Source of the DNA: Candidatus Moraniibacteriota bacterium
Lineage (GTDB): Bacteria > Patescibacteriota > Minisyncoccia > Moranbacterales > GCA-2747515
Reading direction: 5' to 3'
DNA length: 64,000 nt
Assembly: GCA_947311515.1 (NCBI GenBank)
Contig: CAMZLB010000031.1
Span: 922-64,921, forward strand
Of the stretch, positions 10,536 to 21,194 are shown one piece after another; the first letter of the stretch is position 1; every line of letters starts with the position of its first letter. Below the pieces are notes generated by a model. That model was not told where the DNA came from, made no database searches, and saw nothing but the letters and a program-made list of their open reading frames with translations. The position numbers and the translations under genes are program-made.

Positions 10536-11918
10536 TTATAGTTTATCTCTATAAAACATATTATAAGTAGAAAATGGCATCTTTTTTAAATCTGGTGTGA
10601 TTATATGAACACAATCTTTTTTTACAGATTTAATATCAAAATTATAAACATCCACAAATGAAGTTACTGTAATTCTAAAAAAATTGTCATTTACATAATC
10701 GACTCTTTTTTGCTTTGATTGTAGTAATATCTTTGGATCAATGATAGATGCCATCTTTTTCATTGAATTCATGCATCCACCAGAACCCTTACAGCTAAAA
10801 ATTGGTTTAATTAAGTCCTTTGCTATATCCTCCATTGTAAATGTAAGTGTATTTTTTATGTTTGGTAAATAAGTTTCTATTTCTATATCATCCATAACAG
10901 ATTTCCATTTTCCTTCTTTAATTCTTTTAAAAAAAGAAATTGCAACCCTATCAATATCACAAGGCAATGGTATAAAATTATCAGTCTTTATCATTTTATT
11001 TGTTTGTTTTTCTATATCATTTAAAATACCTGTCAATGTTGAACGTTTCGTTATATTTTTTCTAGGCATTCTACCAAAAAAAGCAACTGGTTGAAAATTT
11101 ATACCACGAATCATTTTCTGATTCATTCCAAATTTTACTATCTCACCAACTTCATTATCATTAATACCATTTTCTATAGTAGCAACTAATGTTATAGGTA
11201 TATTGTATTTTGCTAAATTTTCAATAGCCTTATTTTTTATTTTCAACAAATCTCGTCCTCTAATTTTTTTTAAAACTTCCGCACTAAAACTATCAAACTG
11301 TAAATATATTTCAAAACCATTACTAAAGATATTAGATATTTTTTTTACAAATTCAATATCCTCTGCAAGTCTAATTCCATTTGTATTTAACATTACATAT
11401 TTAAATCCTTTTTTAGAAGCTAACTTTAGTATCTCTACTATTTGAGGATGAGTAGTTGGCTCTCCACCAGAAATTTGTAATATTTCAGCATTTCCATATT
11501 CAGAATCTATATAAAAATCCATCATTTCTTCTATTTTTTTTAAATCCAAAAAATCTCCTTCATTTGAATTAGCATAACACAAAGGACATCCTAAATCACA
11601 ATTATTGGTAACCTCAATTAAACCTATACATGTATGTTGTTCATGATCGGGACACAGCCCACAGTCAAATGGACATCCGTTTTTTATTTTTGTTTGCGTT
11701 TTACATTTTGTTCCTGGCTTATCATATTTTTTTCTATTTAAGTAATATTGTCCATCTTTTTCCAAAAGTTCTTTTTTTATACCATGCTTTAAACAATTTT
11801 TTAAAATAAAAACAGAACCATCTTCTAAAATAATTTTGGCATTTATTCGTTCTAAACACTTTTCACAAATACTAATCGTAGCTTCTATAAATAAATATTC
11901 CTTTTCATTCATAAACAT
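10536..11918 (-). CDS. Radical SAM protein, Tes/GDGT-MAS (MJ0619)-like family
   Basis: CEKC...CLKH, CPFDCGLCPDH, rSAM motif CDLGCPLCYA, SGGEPT.HP, NTNG, YLQFD, FQP and C.H...PD....PF..YN. Confidence 0.88.
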   Translation of the reverse strand: MFMNEKEYLFIEATISICEKCLERINAKIILEDGSVFILKNCLKHGIKKELLEKDGQYYLNRKKYDKPGTKCKTQTKIKNGCPFDCGLCPDHEQHTCIGLIEVTNNCDLGCPLCYANSNEGDFLDLKKIEEMMDFYIDSEYGNAEILQISGGEPTTHPQIVEILKLASKKGFKYVMLNTNGIRLAEDIEFVKKISNIFSNGFEIYLQFDSFSAEVLKKIRGRDLLKIKNKAIENLAKYNIPITLVATIENGINDNEVGEIVKFGMNQKMIRGINFQPVAFFGRMPRKNITKRSTLTGILNDIEKQTNKMIKTDNFIPLPCDIDRVAISFFKRIKEGKWKSVMDDIEIETYLPNIKNTLTFTMEDIAKDLIKPIFSCKGSGGCMNSMKKMASIIDPKILLQSKQKRVDYVNDNFFRITVTSFVDVYNFDIKSVKKDCVHIITPDLKKMPFSTYNMFYRDKL

Positions 11919-11978
11919 TATTAAATAATAACCTCACTTACAAAGTATACCATAAAAATATTTCATTTTTTTTAAATT

Positions 11979-13238
11979 TTACTTTAAATAATCCTTATCT
12001 CGTAATTCTATATGATAAGTTATTGCAAATCTATGAGCCTCTTCTCTTAACTTTTCTATCAACTTTAAATTTGTTTTTATGGATGACTTAATCGGAAATT
12101 TTCTCGACTCATACACATCCACTTTTTTTCTAGTTAATCCTTTTGCAACTGAAAGTAATCCAATTGTTACACCAGATAATCCAAAGTCATTCATCAATTT
12201 TTCTCCCATATTTAGATGCCCTTGACCACCATCCAAAATTATAGTATTTGGAACTCCCCAATCATCTAAATGATTAAATCTTCTAGCTAAAACTTCCCTC
12301 ATAGCCCCCACATCATCTATTCCAACTATATATTTAATTTTAAACTTTCTATATTTACTAGTATCAAGCTTACCTCCAATAGCTACAACCATAGAAGCTA
12401 CCATATATTCACCGTCAATATGAGATATATCATAACATTCTATTCGCTCTTTTAAAATATTAAAAGGATCTTCTTTTTTCAATAGAGCTATGTCATTTAT
12501 ATGCATTAGAGAATATAATTGTTTTTTTACTAAATTTGCTTTTTCAAATTCCTGTTTTTGTGCATAACTTTTCATTTCTCTTTCTAATTCCTTTATTATC
12601 TTCTTTTTATGACCTGTTAAAAATAAAGAGACATTTCTCATATTTTTCTTGTAATCCTTTTCAGTTATATTGTCATCATAAGGACCTGGACATAATCCTA
12701 TTTGATACGATAAGCATCCTTTTTCAGTTCTTTCACTTCGATTATGAAATGGAAAAATTTTTCTAATAATTTTTAGAGCAATTCTCATATTTTCAGTAGA
12801 TGTATAAGGTCCAAATTTTCTTCCTTCAATAATTTCTTTTGTTTTATTTTTTGTTTTTTGAAAATCTGTTTTCCTAAGAATCAAAACTCTTGGAAATTTT
12901 TCTTTTGTTATTAAAAAATATGAGTAAGTCTTATCATCTTTACCTTCTATATTAAATTTTGGTTGATATCTTTTTATGTATTCAGCTTCCAGTATAAGAG
13001 CTTCCAAAACACTATCTGTTTTGATAATTTCTAAATCAAATATTTTATCCACAAGTTTTTTCATTCTAGTGCCTCGACTTTTTTCTTCTTGTCCACTAAA
13101 ATATTGATTAACTCTATTTTTGAGAGATGTTGCCTTTCCTACGTATAAAATTTTATTTTCAAAAGATTTAAAAATATAAATTCCCGAAGTTTTGGGAAGA
13201 TTTCTTATCTTTTTCAAAACTTTTATTTCAACTTTCAT
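11979..13238 (-). CDS. uvrC: Excinuclease ABC subunit C (short form, no C-terminal HhH)
   Basis: GIY-YIG region (GIYIF..LYVGKA), UVR domain, IECYDISH, DGGQGH, REEAHRFAITYH. Confidence 0.93.
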   Translation of the reverse strand: MKVEIKVLKKIRNLPKTSGIYIFKSFENKILYVGKATSLKNRVNQYFSGQEEKSRGTRMKKLVDKIFDLEIIKTDSVLEALILEAEYIKRYQPKFNIEGKDDKTYSYFLITKEKFPRVLILRKTDFQKTKNKTKEIIEGRKFGPYTSTENMRIALKIIRKIFPFHNRSERTEKGCLSYQIGLCPGPYDDNITEKDYKKNMRNVSLFLTGHKKKIIKELEREMKSYAQKQEFEKANLVKKQLYSLMHINDIALLKKEDPFNILKERIECYDISHIDGEYMVASMVVAIGGKLDTSKYRKFKIKYIVGIDDVGAMREVLARRFNHLDDWGVPNTIILDGGQGHLNMGEKLMNDFGLSGVTIGLLSVAKGLTRKKVDVYESRKFPIKSSIKTNLKLIEKLREEAHRFAITYHIELRDKDYLK

Positions 13239-13241
13239 TTA

Positions 13242-14390
13242 TCACTTTAAATCCTTTATAGGTACACATATTTCACCATGACATAGTTCATTAGAACTAC
13301 ATCCCGTATGTCCATCGCACTCTCTTGGAAGTTTTTCACCATTATCATTCTTTTTTATTTCTTTTATATCAGTAGGAGTTACCATCATATCTTTATCATA
13401 AAATGGTTTTTTTACATATAGTGCATTAATAGGATCAACGTAAAACATATCTATAACTGGATCACCTTCCTCTAAAGTCATAGCATAGTATGCTCCTGGA
13501 TATCTAGGACTTTTCTTTATTCCGGGAAGTGTGTAATATTTAACTCCTTCGTGTATTCCGAAATATCTTCTTTCTATATGTCCACAAAAAACTGCTTCTA
13601 CATTGTATTTTGAAAGCAAATTCATAACCTCATCCTTATTTGCAACTGAATTTTTAGATGTAAATTTAGATGAAACTAAAGAGTGATGCATAAAAATATA
13701 AACATGTTTATTAGTTTTCAACTTATTTTCAAGCCAAGCCATATTTTCTTTTGAAACAAATCCTGGTATATAATCTCCTGCTACTGGATTTTGAGGTGTA
13801 CCTCCTTTTTTGTGATAATTTGCATCCAATATTATAAATCTATAGGGTCCATTATCTATTGATTTATTTATATAATCAATATCTAAAGCCTTTTGAAACT
13901 GTCTCCTAGAAACTGAACGTAAGTCATGATTTCCAATTGTCCAGTAAGTAGACTTTCCAATTTTATCCATCTCTTGCTTTATAAGTTTGAGTTCTTCTAT
14001 TCCTACATCAAGAGGAACCTTGGTTCCTTCAATTATATCTCCTATATGAACTATAAACTCAGGTTGAAAACTATCCATTTCTTTTTTAAAATCTTCAAAT
14101 ATCTTTTTATATTTATCTGGAATATAAACATCTGTAGCAGAACCTTCCCTATTTACTCTCTTTGAATTCAAATGTGTATCAGTTATAAGTCCTATTTTTA
14201 TAGACTCACCCTCTAATGAAACTTTATTTTCCCATAGTGGAATTTCTTTCTTCACCGGAAGAGGCCATTTACCGAAATGCTCATATTCAGGAGTATCATA
14301 GGAATTGAAATACCAAATATACGAACCTACAGCTAAAAACGTAGCACCTAACAACATAGCACCCAATAGCATGACAATATATTTTATCAT
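13242..14390 (-). CDS. Membrane-anchored calcineurin-like metallophosphoesterase with a Cys-rich tail
   Basis: DTH, GD, GNHD, HH and GHIE motifs; N-terminal TM. Confidence 0.85.
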   Translation of the reverse strand: MIKYIVMLLGAMLLGATFLAVGSYIWYFNSYDTPEYEHFGKWPLPVKKEIPLWENKVSLEGESIKIGLITDTHLNSKRVNREGSATDVYIPDKYKKIFEDFKKEMDSFQPEFIVHIGDIIEGTKVPLDVGIEELKLIKQEMDKIGKSTYWTIGNHDLRSVSRRQFQKALDIDYINKSIDNGPYRFIILDANYHKKGGTPQNPVAGDYIPGFVSKENMAWLENKLKTNKHVYIFMHHSLVSSKFTSKNSVANKDEVMNLLSKYNVEAVFCGHIERRYFGIHEGVKYYTLPGIKKSPRYPGAYYAMTLEEGDPVIDMFYVDPINALYVKKPFYDKDMMVTPTDIKEIKKNDNGEKLPRECDGHTGCSSNELCHGEICVPIKDLK

Positions 14391-14489
14391 TTTTAAAATA
14401 ATAATATTTAAAAATATTTATTTTTACATATTATGTAAACAAAAATACTATATATATATAGTAACACATTTCATATCTAAGTTAAACTA

Positions 14490-17330
14490 TTACTTTAAAA
14501 TTTCATATAAATATTTTGCTGTTTCTGATTTATCTCTATAACTTACAATATCTTCTGGAGTACCACTAATAATAACCTTTCCTCCTCCACTTCCACCTTC
14601 TGGTCCCATATCTATTATCCAATCAGCTGTTTTTATCACATCCATATTATGCTCTATTACAACTACAGTATTACCAGATTCTCTGAGTCTCCGTAAAACA
14701 TGCAATAATTTATCCACATCTGCAAAATGTAATCCAGTAGTAGGTTCATCCAAAATATAGAGAGTTTTTCCTGTAGCCTTTTTTGCAAGCTCTGTAGCAA
14801 GTTTAATTCTCTGTGCTTCACCTCCAGACAAAGTCGTTGCACTTTGACCTAAGAGAATATATCCGAGTCCCACATCTTTAAGTGTACTTAGAATAATTTC
14901 AATTCCATGATATGATTCAAAAAATTCAACAGCTTCATTTACAGTCATTTTAAGTATATCTGAAATAGTCTTATTTCTATAAGTAACTTGTAATGTTTCT
15001 GAATTATATCTTTTGCCTTTACATATATCACAAGGTAAAAACACATCCGCCATAAATTGCATCTCAACTTTCAGATATCCATCACCAGAACAATGATCAC
15101 ATCTTCCACCATGTACATTAAAGCTAAATCTACCTGCTTTGTACCCTCTCATCCTTGAAGACTTCGTATTTGCAAATAAATCTCTCACAGCTGTAAACAT
15201 TCCAGTATATGTAGCAGGATTTGAGCGTGGAGTTCTGCCTATTGGAGATTGATCTATCATTATCACCTTATCAATATTTTCAAGTCCTAAGATCTCTTTA
15301 TGTTTTCCAGGTCGCTTCCTACTTTTCATGACTTTATTTGAAACTCCTCTGTACAATATATCTTCCACAAGAGTACTCTTACCGCTTCCACTCACTCCAG
15401 TAACAACTGTAAAAAGTCCCAATGGAAAAGTTACATTTATGTTTTTTAAATTATGCTCATTTGCACCAATTACCACTAGAGATTTTTTTCCTTTAATTTT
15501 TTTTCTAAATGCAGGAATTTCAATTATTTTTTCTCCTGTTAAATATTTTGCTGTTATGGAATTTTTATTTTTCATAACTTCATTTGGTGTGCCTGCTGCA
15601 ACAATTTGCCCTCCATGCTTTCCTGCTCCTGGTCCAATATCCACCAAGAAATCTGATGCACGCATAGTTTCTTCATCATGTTCTATCACGATAACACTGT
15701 TTCCAAGATCTCTTAAATAGAGCAAGGTTTCTAATAATTTAGAATTATCTCTTGCATGAAGTCCAATTGAAGGCTCATCAAGAATATAAAGTACTCCTAC
15801 AAGCCGTGAACCAATCTGACTAGCAAGTCTAATTCTCTGTGCCTCTCCACCAGATAAAGTATGAGCACTTCTAGATAAACTCAAATATCCAAGACCTACC
15901 TTAGACAAAAATGTCAATCGATTTATTATCTCTTTGATAATTCTAGAACCTATTAATTTTTCAGTTTCACTTAATTCAAGATCTAAAAAATATTTTTTAG
16001 TTTCTTCGATTGTCATAGATGACACATCTGAAATATTTTTTTCTCCAATATTAATCCATAAAACCTCTTCTCTGTAACGACTGCCATTACATTTTTTACA
16101 TGGCTTTTGAGACATATATTGCTCTATATCTTTTCTGACATTATCACTTTCTGTTTTTCTATATCTCTCCTCCAAAAATCCTACAACACCTTTCCATTTT
16201 ATATTAAACTTCCATATACTTCCCTTTGAGCTTCTGATTTTTACAGGTATTTCATCATATTCCTCATCACCATTCATAAGAATATTAAATTTATTTTCTT
16301 TAAAATCCTTAATTCTTACATTTTCATCTATGTTATAGTACTCCATAACAGCCTTAAGAATTCCACCATAATACCCATTTTTCTTCTTATTGCTCCATGG
16401 CAAAATTCCACCTGCTGCAACTGTTTTGCTCGTATCATCTATTATCATACTTAAATCTATTTCCTTTTTAGCTCCAAGTCCTTCACATGCGTCACATGCT
16501 CCATAAGGAGAATTAAAACTGAAAAGTCTAGGCGCTAATTCTGGAAATGTTATTTTAGGATGTTTCGCACATGCCATTTTTTGGTTAAATATGTCTGACT
16601 TTCCATCTTTTTTAATCATCACCATACCTCCTGCAATTTTTAGCGATATTTCAACAGCTTCGAAAATTCTTGAAATATTATCTTCATTTATTTCTATGGT
16701 ATCTACCACTACTTCTATATCATGTTTTTTATATCTATCCAATTTCAAATCGCTTACATCATCTAAATTGTACTTCTCTTTATTTATATATGCATCTACA
16801 AATCCCCTATCCCACATATCCGACAATAACTTAAGATAAGTCCCTTTTCTAAATCTAACTATAGGAGCAAGAATTTCACATTCTTTTCCATTTCCAAAGT
16901 CCATAATCTGCGTAACTATTTCATCAGTAGAAAGTGCAGTTATTGCAGTTGAACACTTAGGACAGTAAGGTATTCCAATCTTTGCATATAAAAGTCTTAA
17001 ATAATCCTGAATTTCCGTAACTGTTCCAACTGTAGAACGAGGATTATGCGATGTAGTTTTTTGATCTATGCTAATAGCAGGAGAAAGTCCTTCTATCATA
17101 TCCACATCTGGCTTATCTATCTGACCCAGAAATTGACGTGCATAACTAGATAAACTTTCCAAATACCTTCTCTGACCTTCTGCAAAAATAGTATCAAACG
17201 CAAGAGTTGATTTTCCACTTCCTGAGAGTCCTGTAAACACAACAAAAGAGTCACGAGGAATTGTAAGATTTATATTTTTTAAATTATGCTCTCTAGCTCC
17301 TTTTATAACTATTTCATTTTTTTTATTCAT
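14490..17330 (-). CDS. uvrA: Excinuclease ABC subunit A
   Basis: GAREHNLKN, two ABC domains with LSGGEAQRI, Zn fingers. ATG 17330 is a more likely start than 17435. Confidence 0.98.
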   Translation of the reverse strand: MNKKNEIVIKGAREHNLKNINLTIPRDSFVVFTGLSGSGKSTLAFDTIFAEGQRRYLESLSSYARQFLGQIDKPDVDMIEGLSPAISIDQKTTSHNPRSTVGTVTEIQDYLRLLYAKIGIPYCPKCSTAITALSTDEIVTQIMDFGNGKECEILAPIVRFRKGTYLKLLSDMWDRGFVDAYINKEKYNLDDVSDLKLDRYKKHDIEVVVDTIEINEDNISRIFEAVEISLKIAGGMVMIKKDGKSDIFNQKMACAKHPKITFPELAPRLFSFNSPYGACDACEGLGAKKEIDLSMIIDDTSKTVAAGGILPWSNKKKNGYYGGILKAVMEYYNIDENVRIKDFKENKFNILMNGDEEYDEIPVKIRSSKGSIWKFNIKWKGVVGFLEERYRKTESDNVRKDIEQYMSQKPCKKCNGSRYREEVLWINIGEKNISDVSSMTIEETKKYFLDLELSETEKLIGSRIIKEIINRLTFLSKVGLGYLSLSRSAHTLSGGEAQRIRLASQIGSRLVGVLYILDEPSIGLHARDNSKLLETLLYLRDLGNSVIVIEHDEETMRASDFLVDIGPGAGKHGGQIVAAGTPNEVMKNKNSITAKYLTGEKIIEIPAFRKKIKGKKSLVVIGANEHNLKNINVTFPLGLFTVVTGVSGSGKSTLVEDILYRGVSNKVMKSRKRPGKHKEILGLENIDKVIMIDQSPIGRTPRSNPATYTGMFTAVRDLFANTKSSRMRGYKAGRFSFNVHGGRCDHCSGDGYLKVEMQFMADVFLPCDICKGKRYNSETLQVTYRNKTISDILKMTVNEAVEFFESYHGIEIILSTLKDVGLGYILLGQSATTLSGGEAQRIKLATELAKKATGKTLYILDEPTTGLHFADVDKLLHVLRRLRESGNTVVVIEHNMDVIKTADWIIDMGPEGGSGGGKVIISGTPEDIVSYRDKSETAKYLYEILK

Positions 17331-17710
17331 ATCTTTTATATAATTTTCTTTAGTAAGATTTAAAAAGAAAGGTTTAGTGTAATAATTTATAATAAATGAT
17401 AATTTACTATTATATGTCAAATTTAAATTCCCCAATTACTAGAATTTCAGTTTTTAATTTAAACATAATATAGGAATAAATATGCTCAGTCCCTACGATA
17501 ATTTGAATTATTTACTAATGTTTATTTTTTTTACAAATAACAAGTATTTCTATTCCTAAATTTGAGTAATTTTTAAATTTAAATTAAGTTTTTAACAAAA
17601 AACGCAAAATATTACGTCTCCACTACATATCCAAAAGCTCTTTTCTCTTTTGAAATATGTTTATTCATCAATACTTTGTTAGTATATCATATTATTTTTA
17701 AACAAAGAAA

Positions 17711-17755
17711 AAGAGAAGATTTTTTTATTGTGTAATTTTACACAAAACCTTCTCT
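17711..17755. terminator. Hairpin downstream of the 17760-18230 gene
   Basis: AGAGAAG...CTTCTCT inverted repeat with an inner TGTGTAA/TTACACA; T-rich run follows on the minus strand. Confidence 0.55.
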
Positions 17756-17759
17756 ATTT

Positions 17760-18230
17760 TTAGTAGCGTCGCCCTCCTAGCCTGTCTAATATTTCAGATA
17801 CAGATCTCGATATAGATCTTCCGGAATCTATTATGATTCCTCTACTAGCCTCTGTGGCAGCACCACTTATGGTATTTCTGTTATGTTCCGCTTCTACTCT
17901 AACCCAAGATTCAGCTGTATATGCAGCAGCCGCAGAGTTTCTTATATCCTGTGCTTCCCGCGCTTGAACCTCTCTCCAATCTGTGCCATAGGTACTCTCA
18001 TATCGTGATGAGCGAGCACTCATCACAGATTGAGGATTATTCCAGTGACTATTTGGATATCCACTCATACTAATAGGAGTTCCAAGATATTGTTGAGATA
18101 ATCCTCTTGTGTCTCTATTGTATGTATCCTGTACACTCCCATTATTTGGATATAAAGCAGTACATGCATTAAAAGTTAGAGTTAGTAAAACTAAAGCTGT
18201 TGAAAATAATGGTATATTTCTCTTTCTCAT
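17760..18230 (-). CDS. Hypothetical lipoprotein
   Basis: Basic n-region, hydrophobic h-region, FNA-C lipobox-like motif; AAGGAG RBS; strong promoter upstream. Confidence 0.7.
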   Translation of the reverse strand: MRKRNIPLFSTALVLLTLTFNACTALYPNNGSVQDTYNRDTRGLSQQYLGTPISMSGYPNSHWNNPQSVMSARSSRYESTYGTDWREVQAREAQDIRNSAAAAYTAESWVRVEAEHNRNTISGAATEASRGIIIDSGRSISRSVSEILDRLGGRRY

Positions 18231-18275
18231 TATTATCTCCTTATTTATATTTCGTTGTTAAATAACGATACTTTT

Positions 18276-18304
18276 ATTGTATACCATACTAATACATTTG
18301 TCAA
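18276..18304 (-). promoter_or_regulatory. Sigma70-type promoter TTGACA-17-TACAAT
   Basis: Read directly on the minus strand upstream of 18230. Confidence 0.7.
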
Positions 18305-18338
18305 GTATACTGATATTAGTATATTTTACAAAAATTTA

Positions 18339-18965
18339 CTAATACATATATTTTATAAAGTTATTAAAATAATCATCTCTAGTATAAAATTTTTCAAAAT
18401 TAATTTCTTTTAACTGACTTCCTCTTATATCAGATATAGCCAAAATTGTAAGTTCTGTAATTATGTAAAAATACTTATTACAAAAATCATTCAATGATTT
18501 ATCACAAAAATTTATATTTTTTTTTGCAAATCCATGTAACAAATTGTGGTGCTTTATAGTATTTATAATTATATTTTCCTCTAAGCCTGATAATTTAAAT
18601 ATTTTTAATATATTTTTAACTTTTTTAGCGCCTAATTCCTCATGTCCCACACATGATGAAATATCATCAACTAAACTAAAAGTCTCTGGCTTGGCTATAT
18701 CATGAAACAGTATTGATACAAATAATAATTCTTTTCTAGTATGTTTATCTATTTTTTGATTGAGATATTTACCCACTTCAGAATTTTTATTTTTAAAAAA
18801 AAAATCTTCATATTCTTTTAATGCATTTATAGAATGATTAAAAACAGAGTCATTATTATGACCATTATTATTTTCAATACAATTTTTTAGCTTATAAAAT
18901 TCTGGTAACTCATTGCAGAAATCGCCACTTTGTACTCTATCCACACTCAAATCTGAAATTTTCAT
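18339..18965 (-). CDS. HD-domain protein, like the HD region of CCA/poly(A) nucleotidyltransferases
   Basis: LPEF..L, H...SVFNHS, LFHDIAKP, GHEELGA and IKHH motifs. Confidence 0.8.
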   Translation of the reverse strand: MKISDLSVDRVQSGDFCNELPEFYKLKNCIENNNGHNNDSVFNHSINALKEYEDFFFKNKNSEVGKYLNQKIDKHTRKELLFVSILFHDIAKPETFSLVDDISSCVGHEELGAKKVKNILKIFKLSGLEENIIINTIKHHNLLHGFAKKNINFCDKSLNDFCNKYFYIITELTILAISDIRGSQLKEINFEKFYTRDDYFNNFIKYMY

Positions 18966-19312
18966 ATATTTGTTTATTGTATAATTTATCTACATATCAC
19001 CACTAACATGATAACAAACATACAAAACAAAAACATTCTTTAATACTTTATAACATTTAGAAATACAAGTTATTTTATTTATCAAGTATATTAAATCATA
19101 TTAAAATACTATATTTCATCCAATTAAAATTTTTAGATTTTTATAAAAAATCGAAATCTTAAATAGCTCATAAGTCTAATTTTCAGATAAAAAACAAACC
19201 TTAAAGGTTTAATTAATTTTACTTATTTTCAAAATGATATTATATATGTAGATTACATATTATTAAAATCACTATTTAAATAATATAATACTTTCTACAT
19301 AATACAACTAAA

Positions 19313-20380
19313 TCAATTATGCAAATGTTTTTCTGTAAATTTAAAACTTTCTTTTAAGTTTGAGAAATCTTTATTTATTTTAGATTTATATTCTATGATA
19401 TCCTCACCCATAAAGACCATCCTTGGCTTAGTTTTTCTATTTTTTATACTTATAATCTCAAATTTTCCAAATGCATAATTAATCACAAAATACCCAAATT
19501 CTGATTTAACAACACCCTTTATTCTGTAAAAATTTTTCTTAGGATACTCTGAAAGAATTGTCTCAAGTTTATCTTTTGTGTAATTTTCTTTTGGTAAAAT
19601 TTCTATTAAATCCACTTCCATTTCTTGATGATAAAAATCGGTAACAATTTCACTACTATTAAACACTTTTGTATCCAGTCCAAATACAAGACTAGGATTC
19701 ACCTTTCCTCTATCTGTGAAAATTTTAGGTGTATCTAAGTTTATTTCATACACGTCATCCAGATTATCTTCTAAAGTTTCTTCATCTAAATCTTCATGTT
19801 TATTTATAAGTATTAAATCAGTATACCTTACCTGAAGTTTAAGTGTAAAACTCTTATCTAAATATCCAGAAAAATTCTCTGCATCTATAACAGTTATTAT
19901 TCCATCAATTTTTAGTCTATCATCCTTATTTATTTCAAAAACTACTGGAGCAGGTGTAGATGAACCAGAAGTCTCTATAATTATCCTATCAGGCTTACTA
20001 GCTATCAACTCATCAAGTGCATCACTTAAAGCACTCAACATGACATGACAAATACAGCCTTGAAGCATTTCCTTTACTAGGGTTGTATTTTCCAATTTTG
20101 CAAGTTCTGTGTCCACTCCAGTACTTCCTATTTCATTTTTTAGCCATGCAATTTTATAATCAGAACCCATACTTTTCATGAGTTTTGTGATGACTGTAGT
20201 TTTTCCAGAACCTAAGTATCCTGTAAATATAGTAACTGGAATTATATCTATTTCATTCTTTTTTTTAGTCTCTTTTTTCTGTTTTTTTTGTTTTTTAAAA
20301 GTTTTTTTATCATTGTCCCATATTTCTAATTTTAACTCTTCTAATTCTTCCGATGCCAAAAATGGTGATACATATTTCAT
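19313..20380 (-). CDS. CobW/COG0523 G3E GTPase, metallochaperone-like
   Basis: TGYLGSGKTT, NEIG, GCICH, IIETSG, LINK and YRIKG motifs. Confidence 0.9.
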   Translation of the reverse strand: MKYVSPFLASEELEELKLEIWDNDKKTFKKQKKQKKETKKKNEIDIIPVTIFTGYLGSGKTTVITKLMKSMGSDYKIAWLKNEIGSTGVDTELAKLENTTLVKEMLQGCICHVMLSALSDALDELIASKPDRIIIETSGSSTPAPVVFEINKDDRLKIDGIITVIDAENFSGYLDKSFTLKLQVRYTDLILINKHEDLDEETLEDNLDDVYEINLDTPKIFTDRGKVNPSLVFGLDTKVFNSSEIVTDFYHQEMEVDLIEILPKENYTKDKLETILSEYPKKNFYRIKGVVKSEFGYFVINYAFGKFEIISIKNRKTKPRMVFMGEDIIEYKSKINKDFSNLKESFKFTEKHLHN

Positions 20381-20463
20381 ACTATATATTATAGCATCTT
20401 TTAGATTTCAAAAAAACCTCCTAAAATATACTAAAAAGAAAAAGTTACATTGAGCTCATCTTG

Positions 20464-20548
20464 TGCCGCGGGTGGGACTTGAACCCACACGACTGTTTAG
20501 GTCAAGGGATTTTAAGTCCCTCGTGTCTACCAATTCCACCACCGCGGC
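20464..20548 (-). tRNA. tRNA-Leu (TAA)
   Basis: GCCGCGG acceptor stem, GGAATTGGTAGAC D-arm, CTTAAAA anticodon loop, long variable arm, GGTTCAAGTCC T-arm; CCA not encoded. Confidence 0.96.
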
Positions 20549-20633
20549 ATTTTTCTAAATACTATTTATATAATACTACAATTTTTTAATATTTTCAAAT
20601 AATTATTAGTTATTTGAAAATATTAACACACTG

Positions 20634-20704
20634 AGGTCGCGTCCGGACTTGAACCGGAGTAAAAGGTTTTGCAGACCTGTGCCTAACCGCTCGGCCACGC
20701 GACC
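20634..20704 (-). tRNA. tRNA-Cys (GCA)
   Basis: GGTCGCG acceptor stem, CTGCAAA anticodon loop, GGTTCAAGTCC T-arm, U discriminator; CCA not encoded. Confidence 0.96.
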
Positions 20705-21194
20705 ATGTAATCATATTATCAAATAACTTCATTAAAGTCAATCAATGCCTCCAAGAAAATAGCGAACCAATCTCCCTATAAAACATTTGAGCAAGTGCAA
20801 GTCCTTTAAAACGTTTATATGGAGATATTAATTGATTAAATATTCAGCTTTGATATTTCCTCCTCCATAATTTTACTAAAATCAACCCCATTAAAAAATT
20901 AGATTCAATTACCATTTTTCATTATTACCTTCTCCATAGGATTAATGTAGTACTGTATCTTAGACATATTCAAAATTAATATAGTGCTTCAGCCATATGA
21001 ACAAGGATTTATCTATGAACAACGTCAGTACAATAACACCACTTTTCTTATTATTTTTATACATTAGTTATTTTATATAAACATCACAATTAATTATTAA
21101 ACTTAGGTCCATCTTATTTATTTAATAACAAACTAATTTTTATGGATAACTTAATAATGTTATACTTAAAAATATAAAAAACATAATTTAAAAA

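Noticed and set aside
17331-17435. N-terminal extensions of uvrA (also murE to 62862 and htpX to 56919)
   Set aside because: The extensions lack family similarity or overlap upstream genes; downstream ATGs fit the expected starts.
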